This document shows positions 53,401-64,000 of a stretch of DNA of 64,000 bases, in pieces. This DNA is from the human T2T-CHM13v2.0 reference genome, Homo sapiens: NCBI RefSeq assembly GCF_009914755.1, contig NC_060943.1; one strand, given 5' to 3'. The notes under the pieces are model-generated. The model searched no databases and was not told the origin of the DNA. It saw only the letters and a program-made list of their open reading frames with translations. The position numbers were made by a program, and so were the translations under genes. Within the stretch, counting starts at the first letter, position 1. Each line of letters starts with the position of its first letter.

Positions 53401-56400
53401 ATTTCTTCATATTCTGCTAAAAAGAAGAATTCTCAGTAACTTCCTTGTGTTGTGTGTATTCAACTCACAGAGTTGAACGATCCTTTACACAGAGCAGACT
53501 TGAAACACTCTTTTTGTGGAATTTGCAAGTGGAGATTTCAGCCGCTTTGAGGTCAATGGTAGAATAGGAAATATCTTCCTATAGAAACTAGACAGAATGA
53601 TTCTCAGAAACTCCTTTGTGATGTGTGCGTTCAACTCACACAGTTTAACCTTTCTTTTCATAGAGCAGTTAGGAAACACTCTGTTTGTAAAGTCTGCAAG
53701 TGGATATTCAGACATCCTTGAGGCTTTCGTTGGAAACGGGATTTCTTCATATTCTGCTAGAAAGAAGAATTCTCAGTAACTTCCTTGTGTTGTGTGTATT
53801 CAACTCACAGAGTTGAACGATCCTTTACACAGAGCAGACTTGAAACACTCTTTTTGTGGAATTTGCAAGTGGAGATTTCAGCCGCTTTGAGGTCAATGGT
53901 AGAATAGGAAATATCTTCCTATAGAAACTAGACAGAATGATTCTCAGAAACTCCTTTGTGATGTGTGCGTTCAACTCACAGAGTTTAACCTTTCTTTTCA
54001 TAGAGCAGTTAGGAAACACTCTGTTTGTAAAGTCTGCAAGTGGATATTCAGACATCCTTGAGGCTTTCGTTGGAAACGGGATTTCTTCATATTCTGCTAG
54101 AAAGAAGAATTCTCAGTAACTTCCTTGTGTTGTGTGTATTCAACTCACAGAGTTGAACGATCCTTTACACAGAGCAGACTTGAAACACTCTTTTTGTGGA
54201 ATTTGCAAGTGGAGATTTCAGCCGCTTTGAGGTCAATGGTAGAATAGGAAATATCTTCCTATAGAAACTAGACAGAATGATTCTCAGAAACTCCTTTGTG
54301 ATGTGTGCGTTCAACTCACAGAGTTTAACCTTTCTTTTCATAGAGCAGTTAGGAAATACTCTGTTTGTAAAGTCTGCAAGTGGATATTCAGACCTCCTTG
54401 AGGCCTTCGTTGGAAACGGGATTTCTTCATATTATGCTAGACAGAAGAATTCTCAGTAACTTCCTTGTGTTGTGTGTATTCAACTCACAGAGTTGAACGA
54501 TCCTTTACACAGAGCAGACTTGAAACACTCTTTTTGTGGAATTTGCAAGTGGAGATTTCAGCCGCTTTGAGGTCAATGGTAGAATAGGAAATATCTTCCT
54601 ATAGAAACTAGACAGAATGATTCTCAGAAACTCCTTTGTGATGTGTGCGTTCAACTCACAGAGTTCAACCTTTCTTTTCATAGAGCAGTTGGGAAACACT
54701 CTGTTTGTAAAGTCTGCAAGTGGACATTCAGACTTCTTTGAGGCCTTCGTTGGAAGCGGGATTTCTTCATATTCTGCTAGACAGAAGAATTCTCAGTAAC
54801 TGCCTTGTGTTGTGTGTATTCAACTCACAGAGTTGAACGATCCTTTACACAGAGCAGACTTGAAACACTCTTTTTGTGGAATTTGCAAGTGGAGATTTCA
54901 GCCGCTTTGAGGTCAATGGTAGAATAGGAAATATCTTCCTATAGAAACTAGACAGAATGATTCTCAGAAACTCCTTTGTGATGTGTGCGTTCAACTCACA
55001 GAGTTTACCCTTTCTTTTCATAGAGCAGTTAGGAAACACTCTGTTTGTAAAGTCTGCAAGTGGATATTCAGACATCCTTGAGGCTTTCGTTGGAAACGGG
55101 ATTTCTTCATATTCTGCTAGAAAGAAGAATTCTCAGTAACTTCCTTGTGTTGTGTGTATTCAACTCACAGAGTTGAACGATCCTTTACACAGAGCAGACT
55201 TGAAACACTCTTTTTGTGGAATTTGCAAGTGGAGATTTCAGCCGCTTTGAGGTCAATGGTAGAATAGGAAATATCTTCCTATAGAAACTAGACAGAATGA
55301 TTCTCAGAAACTCCTTTGTGATGTGTGCGTTCAACTCACACAGTTTAACCTTTCTTTTCATAGAGCAGTTAGGAAACACTCTGTTTGTAAAGTCTGCAAG
55401 TGGATATTCAGACCTCCTTGAGGCCTTCGTTGGAAACGGGATTTCTTCATATTATGCTAGACAGAAGAATTCTCAGTAACTTCCTTGTGTTGTGTGTATT
55501 CAACTCACAGAGTTGAACGATCCTTTACACAGAGCAGACTTGAAACACTCTTTTTGTGGAATTTGCAAGTGGAGATTTCAGCCGCTTTGAGTTCAATGGT
55601 AGAATAGGAAATATCTTCCTATAGAAACTAGACAGAATGATTCTCAGAAACTCCTTTGTGATGTGTGCGTTCAACTCACAGAGTTCAACCTTTCTTTTCA
55701 TAGAGCAGTTGGGAAACACTCTGTTTGTAAAGTCTGCAAGTGGATATTCAGACTTCTTTGAGGCCTTCGTTGGAAGCGGGATTTCTTCATGTTCTGCTAG
55801 ACAGAAGAATTCTCAGTAACTTCCTTGTGTTGTGTGTATTCAACTCAGAGAGTTGAACGATCCTTTACACAGAGCAGACTTGAAACACTCTTTTTGTGGA
55901 ATTTGCAAGTGGAGATTTCAGCCGCTTTGAGGTCAATGGTAGAATAGGAAATATCTTCCTATAGAAACTAGACAGAATGATTCTCAGAAACTCCTTTGTG
56001 ATGTGTGCGTTCAACTCACAGAGTTTAACCTTTCTTTTCATAGAGCAGTTAGGAAACACTCTGTTTGTAAAGTCTGCAAGTGGATATTCAGACATCCTTG
56101 AGGCTTTCGTTGGAAACGGGATTTCTTCATATTCTGCTAGAAAGAAGAATTCTCAGTAACTTCCTTGTGTTGTGTGTATTCAACTCACAGAGTTGAACGA
56201 TCCTTTACACAGAGCAGACTTGAAACACTCTTTTTGTGGAATTTGCAAGTGGAGATTTCAGCCGCTTTGAGGTCAATGGTAGAATAGGAAATATCTTCCT
56301 ATAGAAACTAGACAGAATGATTCTCAGAAACTCCTTTGTGATGTGTGCGTTCAACTCACAGAGTTTAACCTTTCTTTTCATAGCGCAGTTGAGAAACACT

Positions 56401-59036
56401 CTGTTTGTAAAGTCTGCAAGTGGATATTCAGACATCCTTGAGGCTTTCGTTGGAAACGGGATTTCTTCATATTCTGCTAGAAAGAAGAATTCTCAGTAAC
56501 TTCCTTGTGTTGTGTGTATTCAACTCACAGAGTTGAACGATCCTTTACACAGAGCAGACTTGAAACACTCTTTTTGTGGAATTTGCAAGTGGAGATTTCA
56601 GCCGCTTTGAGGTCAATGGTAGAATAGGAAATATCTTCCTATAGAAACTAGACAGAATGATTCTCAGAAACTCCTTTGTGATGTGTGCGTTCAACTCACA
56701 GAGTTTAACCTTTCTTTTCATAGAGCAGTTAGGAAACACTCTGTTTGTAAAGTCTGCAAGTGGATATTCAGACATCCTTGAGGCTTTCGTTGGAAACGGG
56801 ATTTCTTCATATTCTGCTAGAAAGAAGAATTCTCAGTAACTTCCTTGTGTTGTGTGTATTCAACTCACAGAGTTGAACGATCCTTTACACAGAGCAGACT
56901 TGAAACACTCTTTTTGTGGAATTTGCAAGTGGAGATTTCAGCCGCTTTGAGGTCAATGGTAGAATAGGAAATATCTTCCTATAGAAACTAGACAGAATGA
57001 TTCTCAGAAACTCCTTTGTGATGTGTGCGTTCAACTCACAGAGTTTAACCTTTCTTTTCATAGAGCAGTTGGGAAACACTCTGTTTGTAAAGTCTGCAAG
57101 TGGATATTCAGACATCCTTGAGGCTTTCGTTGGAAACGGGATTTCTTCATATTCTGCTAGAAAGAAGAATTCTCAGTAACGTCCTTGTGTTGTGTGTATT
57201 CAACTCACAGAGTTGAACGATCCTTTACACAGAGCAGACTTGAAACACTCTTTTTGTGGAATTTGCAAGTGGAGATTTCAGCCGCTTTGAGTTCAATGGT
57301 AGAATAGGAAATATCTTCCTATAGAAACTAGACAGAATGATTCTCAGAAACTCCTTTGTGATGTGTGCGTTCAACTCACAGAGTTCAACCTTTCTTTTCA
57401 TAGAGCAGTTGGGAAACACTCTGTTTGTAAAGTCTGCAAGTGGATATTCAGACTTCTTTGAGGCCTTCGTTGGAAGCGGGATTTCTTCATATTCTGCTAG
57501 ACAGAAGAATTCTCAGTAACTGCCTTGTGTTGTGTGTATTCAACTCACAGAGTTGAACGATCCTTTACACAGAGCAGACTTGAAACACTCTTTTTGTGGA
57601 ATTTGCAAGTGGAGATTTCAGCCGCTTTGAGGTCAATGGTAGAATAGGAAATATCTTCCTATAGAAACTAGACAGAATGATTCTCAGAAACTCCTTTGTG
57701 ATGTGTGCGTTCAACTCACAGAGTTTACCCTTTCTTTTCATAGAGCAGTTAGGAAACACTCTGTTTGTAAAGTCTGCAAGTGGATATTCAGACATCCTTG
57801 AGGCTTTCGTTGGAAACGGGATTTCTTCATATTCTGCTAGAAAGAAGAATTCTCAGTAACTTCCTTGTGTTGTGTGTATTCAACTCACAGAGTTGAACGA
57901 TCCTTTACACAGAGCAGACTTGAAACACTCTTTTTGTGGAATTTGCAAGTGGAGATTTCAGCCGCTTTGAGGTCAATGGTAGAATAGGAAATATCTTCCT
58001 ATAGAAACTAGACAGAATGATTCTCAGAAACTCCTTTGTGATGTGTGCGTTCAACTCACACAGTTTAACCTTTCTTTTCATAGAGCAGTTAGGAAACACT
58101 CTGTTTGTAAAGTCTGCAAGTGGATATTCAGACCTCCTTGAGGCCTTCGTTGGAAACGGGATTTCTTCATATTATGCTAGACAGAAGAATTCTCAGTAAC
58201 TTCCTTGTGTTGTGTGTATTCAACTCACAGAGTTGAACGATCCTTTACACAGAGCAGACTTGAAACACTCTTTTTGTGGAATTTGCAAGTGGAGATTTCA
58301 GCCGCTTTGAGTTCAATGGTAGAATAGGAAATATCTTCCTATAGAAACTAGACAGAATGATTCTCAGAAACTCCTTTGTGATGTGTGCGTTCAACTCACA
58401 GAGTTCAACCTTTCTTTTCATAGAGCAGTTGGGAAACACTCTGTTTGTAAAGTCTGCAAGTGGATATTCAGACTTCTTTGAGGCCTTCGTTGGAAGCGGG
58501 ATTTCTTCATGTTCTGCTAGACAGAAGAATTCTCAGTAACTTCCTTGTGTTGTGTGTATTCAACTCACAGAGTTGAACGATCCTTTACACAGAGCAGACT
58601 TGAAACACTCTTTTTGTGGAATTTGCAAGTGGAGATTTCAGCCGCTTTGAGGTCAATGGTAGAATAGGAAATATCTTCCTATAGAAACTAGACAGAATGA
58701 TTCTCAGAAACTCCTTTGTGATGTGTGCGTTCAACTCACAGAGTTTAACCTTTCTTTTCATAGAGCAGTTAGGAAACACTCTGTTTGTAAAGTCTGCAAG
58801 TGGATATTCAGACATCCTTGAGGCTTTCGTTGGAAACGGGATTTCTTCATATTCTGCTAGAAAGAAGAATTCTCAGTAACTTCCTTGTGTTGTGTGTATT
58901 CAACTCACAGAGTTGAACGATCCTTTACACAGAGCAGACTTGAAACACTCTTTTTGTGGAATTTGCAAGTGGAGATTTCAGCCGCTTTGAGGTCAATGGT
59001 AGAATAGGAAATATCTTCCTATAGAAACTAGACAGA
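44417..59036 (+). repeat. Three copies of a 16-dimer (5440 bp) super-unit; second copy shortened to 13 dimers, third truncated
   Basis: GAAATACT at 44497/49937/54357, GGACAT at 44865/50305/54725, TAGCGCAGTTGAG at 46524/51964/56384 and AACGTCC at 47321/52761/57181. Spacings are 5440 and 4420 bp. Confidence 0.88.
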
Positions 59037-61756
59037 ATGATTCTCAGAAACTCCTTTGTGATGTGTGCGTTCAACTCACAGAGTTTAACCTTTCTTTTCA
59101 TAGCGCAGTTGGGAAACACTCTGTTTGTAAAGTCTGCAAGTGGATATTCAGACATCCTTGAGGCTTTCGTTGGAAACGGGATTTCTTCATATTCTGCTAG
59201 AAAGAAGAATTCTCAGTAACTTCCTTGTGTTGTGTGTATTCAACTCACAGAGTTGAACGATCCTTTACACAGAGCAGACTTGAAACACTCTTTTTGTGGA
59301 ATTTGCAAGTGGAGATTTCAGCCGCTTTGAGGTCAATGGTAGAATAGGAAATATCTTCCTATAGAAACTAGACAGAATGATTCTCAGAAACTCCTTTGTG
59401 ATGTGTGCGTTCAACTCACAGAGTTTAACCTTTCTTTTCATAGAGCAGTTGGGAAACACTCTGTTTGTAAAGTCTGCAAGTGGATATTCAGACATCCTTG
59501 AGACTTTCGTTGGAAACGGGATTTCTTCATATTCTGCTAGAAGGAAGAATTCTCAGTAACTTCCTTGTGTTGTGTGTATTCAACTCACAGAGTTGAACGA
59601 TCCTTTACACAGAGCAGACTTGAAACACTCTTTTTGCGGAATTTGCAAGTGGAGATTTCAGCCGCTTTGAGGTCAATGGTAGAATAGGAAATATCTTCCT
59701 ATAGAAACTAGACAGAATGATTCTCAGAAACTCCTTTGTGATGTGTGCGTTCAACTCACACAGTTTAACCTTTCTTTTCATAGAGCAGTTGGGAAACACT
59801 CTGTTTGTAAAGTCTGCAAGTGGATATTCAGACCTCCTTGCGGCCTTCGTTGGAAACGGGATTTCTTCATATTATGCTAGACAGAAGAATTCTCAGTAAC
59901 TTCCTTGTGTTGTGTGTATTCAACTCACGGAGTTGAACGATCCTTTACACAGAGCAGACTTGAAACACTCTTTTTGTGGAATTTGCAAGTGGAGATTTCA
60001 GCCGCTTTGAAGTCAATGGTAGAATAGGAAATATCTTCCTATAGAAACTAGACAGAATGATTCTCAGAAACTCCTTTGTGATGTGTGCGTTCAACTCACA
60101 CAGTTTAACCTTTCTTTTCATAGAGCAGTTAGGAAACACTCTGTTTGTAAAGTCTGCAAGTGGATATTCAGACATCCTTGAGGCTTTCGTTGGAAACGGG
60201 ATTTCTTCATATTCTGCTAGAAAGAAGAATTCTCAGTAACTTCCTTGTGTTGTGTGTATTCAACTCACAGAGTTGAACGATCCTTTACACAGAGCAGACT
60301 TGAAACACTCTTTTTGTGGAATTTGCAAGTGGAGATTTCAGCCGCTTTGAGGTCAATGGTAGAATAGGAAATATCTTCCTATAGAAACTAGACAGAATGA
60401 TTCTCAGAAACTCCTTTGTGATGTGTGCGTTCAACTCACAGAGTTTAACCTTTCTTTTCATAGCGCAGTTGGGAAACACTCTGTTTGTAAAGTCTGCAAG
60501 TGGATATTCAGACATCCTTGAGGCTTTCGTTGGAAACGGGATTTCTTCATATTCTGCTAGAAAGAAGAATTCTCAGTAACTTCCTTGTGTTGTGTGTATT
60601 CAACTCACAGAGTTGAGCGATCCTTTACACAGAGCAGACTTGAAACACTCTTTTTGTGGAATTTGCAAGTGGAGATTTCAGCCGCTTTGAGGTCAATGGT
60701 AGAATAGGAAATATCTTCCTATAGAAACTAGACAGAATGATTCTCAGAAACTCCTTTGTGATGTGTGCGTTCAACTCACAGAGTTTAACCTTTCTTTTCA
60801 TAGAGCAGTTGGGAAACACTCTGTTTGTAAAGTCTGCAAGTGGATATTCAGACATCCTTGAGACTTTCGTTGGAAACGGGATTTCTTCATATTCTGCTAG
60901 AAGGAAGAATTCTCAGTAACTTCCTTGTGTTGTGTGTATTCAACTCACAGAGTTGAACGATCCTTTACACAGAGCAGACTTGAAACACTCTTTTTGCGGA
61001 ATTTGCAAGTGGAGATTTCAGCCGCTTTGAGGTCAATGGTAGAATAGGAAATATCTTCCTATAGAAACTAGACAGAATGATTCTCAGAAACTCCTTTGTG
61101 ATGTGTGCGTTCAACTCACACAGTTTAACCTTTCTTTTCATAGAGCAGTTGGGAAACACTCTGTTTGTAAAGTCTGCAAGTGGATATTCAGACCTCCTTG
61201 CGGCCTTCGTTGGAAACGGGATTTCTTCATATTATGCTAGACAGAAGAATTCTCAGTAACTTCCTTGTGTTGTGTGTATTCAACTCACGGAGTTGAACGA
61301 TCCTTTACACAGAGCAGACTTGAAACACTCTTTTTGTGGAATTTGCAAGTGGAGATTTCAGCCGCTTTGAAGTCAATGGTAGAATAGGAAATATCTTCCT
61401 ATAGAAACTAGACAGAATGATTCTCAGAAACTCCTTTGTGATGTGTGCGTTCAACTCACACAGTTTAACCTTTCTTTTCATAGAGCAGTTAGGAAACACT
61501 CTGTTTGTAAAGTCTGCAAGTGGATATTCAGACCTCCTTGAGGCCTTCGTTGGAAACGGGATTTCTTCATATTCTGCTAGAAAGAAGAATTCTCAGTAAC
61601 TTCCTTGTGTTGTGTGAATTCAACTCACAGAGTTGAACGATCCTTTACACAGAGCAGACTTGAAACACTCTTTTTGTGGAATTTGCAAGTGGAGATTTCA
61701 GCCGCTTTGAGGTCAATGGTAGAATAGGAAATATCTTCCTATAGAAACTAGACAGA
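59037..61756 (+). repeat. Tandem duplication of a variant-rich 4-dimer (1360 bp) block
   Basis: Seven variants recur exactly 1360 bp apart: 59104/60464, 59503/60863, 59543/60903, 59637/60997, 59841/61201, 59929/61289 and 60011/61371. Confidence 0.92.
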
Positions 61757-64000
61757 ATGATTCTCAGAAACTCCTTTGTGATGTGTGCGTTCAACTCACA
61801 GAGTTTAACCTTTCTTTTCATAGAGCAGTTAGGAAACACTCTGTTTGTAAAGTCTGCAAGTGGATATTCAGACATCCTTGAGGCTTTCGTTGGAAACGGG
61901 ATTTCTTCATATTCTGCTAGAAAGAAGAATTCTCAGTAACTTCCTTGTGTTGTGTGTATTCAACTCACAGAGTTGAACGATCCTTTACACAGAGCAGACT
62001 TGAAACACTCTTTTTGTGGAATTTGCAAGTGGAGATTTCAGCCGCTTTGAGGTCAATGGTAGAATAGGAAATATCTTCCTATAGAAACTAGACAGAATGA
62101 TTCTCAGAAACTCCTTTGTGATGTGTGCGTTCAACTCACAGAGTTTAACCTTTCTTTTCATAGAGCAGTTGGGAAACACTCTGTTTGTAAAGTCTGCAAG
62201 TGGATATTCAGACATCCTTGAGGCTTTCGTTGGAAACGGGATTTCTTCATATTCTGCTAGAAAGAAGAATTCTCAGTAACGTCCTTGTGTTGTGTGTATT
62301 CAACTCACAGAGTTGAACGATCCTTTACACAGAGCAGACTTGAAACACTCTTTTTGTGGAATTTGCAAGTGGAGATTTCAGCCGCTTTGAGTTCAATGGT
62401 AGAATAGGAAATATCTTCCTATAGAAACTAGACAGAATGATTCTCAGAAACTCCTTTGTGATGTGTGCGTTCAACTCACAGAGTTCAACCTTTCTTTTCA
62501 TAGAGCAGTTGGGAAACACTCTGTTTGTAAAGTCTGCAAGTGGATATTCAGACTTCTTTGAGGCCTTCGTTGGAAGCGGGATTTCTTCATATTCTGCTAG
62601 ACAGAAGAATTCTCAGTAACTGCCTTGTGTTGTGTGTATTCAACTCACAGAGTTGAACGATCCTTTACACAGAGCAGACTTGAAACACTCTTTTTGTGGA
62701 ATTTGCAAGTGGAGATTTCAGCCGCTTTGAGGTCAATGGTAGAATAGGAAATATCTTCCTATAGAAACTAGACAGAATGATTCTCAGAAACTCCTTTGTG
62801 ATGTGTGCGTTCAACTCACAGAGTTTACCCTTTCTTTTCATAGAGCAGTTAGGAAACACTCTGTTTGTAAAGTCTGCAAGTGGATATTCAGACATCCTTG
62901 AGGCTTTCGTTGGAAACGGGATTTCTTCATATTCTGCTAGAAAGAAGAATTCTCAGTAACTTCCTTGTGTTGTGTGTATTCAACTCACAGAGTTGAACGA
63001 TCCTTTACACAGAGCAGACTTGAAACACTCTTTTTGTGGAATTTGCAAGTGGAGATTTCAGCCGCTTTGAGGTCAATGGTAGAATAGGAAATATCTTCCT
63101 ATAGAAACTAGACAGAATGATTCTCAGAAACTCCTTTGTGATGTGTGCGTTCAACTCACACAGTTTAACCTTTCTTTTCATAGAGCAGTTAGGAAACACT
63201 CTGTTTGTAAAGTCTGCAAGTGGATATTCAGACCTCCTTGAGGCCTTCGTTGGAAACGGGATTTCTTCATATTATGCTAGACAGAAGAATTCTCAGTAAC
63301 TTCCTTGTGTTGTGTGTATTCAACTCACAGAGTTGAACGATCCTTTACACAGAGCAGACTTGAAACACTCTTTTTGTGGAATTTGCAAGTGGAGATTTCA
63401 GCCGCTTTGAGTTCAATGGTAGAATAGGAAATATCTTCCTATAGAAACTAGACAGAATGATTCTCAGAAACTCCTTTGTGATGTGTGCGTTCAACTCACA
63501 GAGTTCAACCTTTCTTTTCATAGAGCAGTTGGGAAACACTCTGTTTGTAAAGTCTGCAAGTGGATATTCAGACTTCTTTGAGGCCTTCGTTGGAAGCGGG
63601 ATTTCTTCATGTTCTGCTAGACAGAAGAATTCTCAGTAACTTCCTTGTGTTGTGTGTATTCAACTCAGAGAGTTGAACGATCCTTTACACAGAGCAGACT
63701 TGAAACACTCTTTTTGTGGAATTTGCAAGTGGAGATTTCAGCCGCTTTGAGGTCAATGGTAGAATAGGAAATATCTTCCTATAGAAACTAGACAGAATGA
63801 TTCTCAGAAACTCCTTTGTGATGTGTGCGTTCAACTCACAGAGTTTAACCTTTCTTTTCATAGAGCAGTTAGGAAACACTCTGTTTGTAAAGTCTGCAAG
63901 TGGATATTCAGACATCCTTGAGGCTTTCGTTGGAAACGGGATTTCTTCATATTCTGCTAGAAAGAAGAATTCTCAGTAACTTCCTTGTGTTGTGTGTATT

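Larger units (their letters stand above)
1..64000 (+). repeat. Centromeric alpha-satellite array, 340-bp dimeric higher-order repeat (SF1 J1/J2 type; D1Z7/D5Z2/D19Z3-like), about 188 dimers or 376 monomers
   Basis: ATGATTCTCA recurs at 221, 561, 901 ... 63797 (221 + 187x340 - 4). Two related half-units carry alpha-satellite hallmarks (ATTCTCAGAAACT, TTCAACTCACAGAGTT, GAAACACTCT, TGCAAGTGGA). The CENP-B box occurs in alternate monomers and GAATTC once per dimer. Family assignment comes from recognition, not alignment. Confidence 0.98.

Noticed and set aside
109-63979. Hundreds of 60-97 aa ORFs on both strands (MILRNSF..., MFPNCSM..., MSEYPLA...)
   Set aside because: They are translations of the 340-bp satellite unit. 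They resemble no protein family I recognise, have no gene context, and are created or destroyed by random satellite variants. They were useful only as a variant barcode.
1-64000. CRISPR-like array or diversity cassette system
   Set aside because: There are no unique spacers, since the entire unit repeats at near identity. No cas, recombinase or reverse transcriptase genes are present.
1-64000. Transposon (L1/Alu) insertion, inversion or non-satellite island
   Set aside because: The 340-bp phase is continuous from start to end apart from four 1-bp deletions, and orientation never changes, leaving no room for an insert.
1-64000. Assignment to a specific chromosome (1, 5 or 19) or to the active kinetochore site
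   Set aside because: These arrays share the same dimer family. Assignment needs alignment to T2T assemblies and chromatin data, which I cannot run.

Overview
The whole 64 kb window is one uninterrupted head-to-tail array of primate, most likely human, centromeric alpha-satellite DNA. The unit is a 340-bp dimer (169 + 171 bp monomers), present about 188 times in one orientation. It carries one EcoRI site and one CENP-B box per dimer, alternating with a degenerate pJalpha/A-box monomer. This matches the suprachromosomal family 1 (J1/J2) dimer of the live chr1/5/19 arrays (D1Z7/D5Z2/D19Z3 type); the chromosome cannot be determined by eye. I see no genes, transposon insertions, inversions or unique sequence, and all listed ORFs are by-products of the repeat. 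I find no evidence for a new gene-based biological system. What is interesting is the hidden structure of the array. Three dimer haplotypes are arranged into nested local duplications of 1 to 16 dimers. Four copies of a single 1-bp deletion are the only length change. Hybrid dimers mark recombination points, and rare variants are shared over 26-44 kb. All 11 visibly broken CENP-B boxes lie in the first 23.5 kb. Counts were made by eye with help from the ORF track and should be confirmed computationally.
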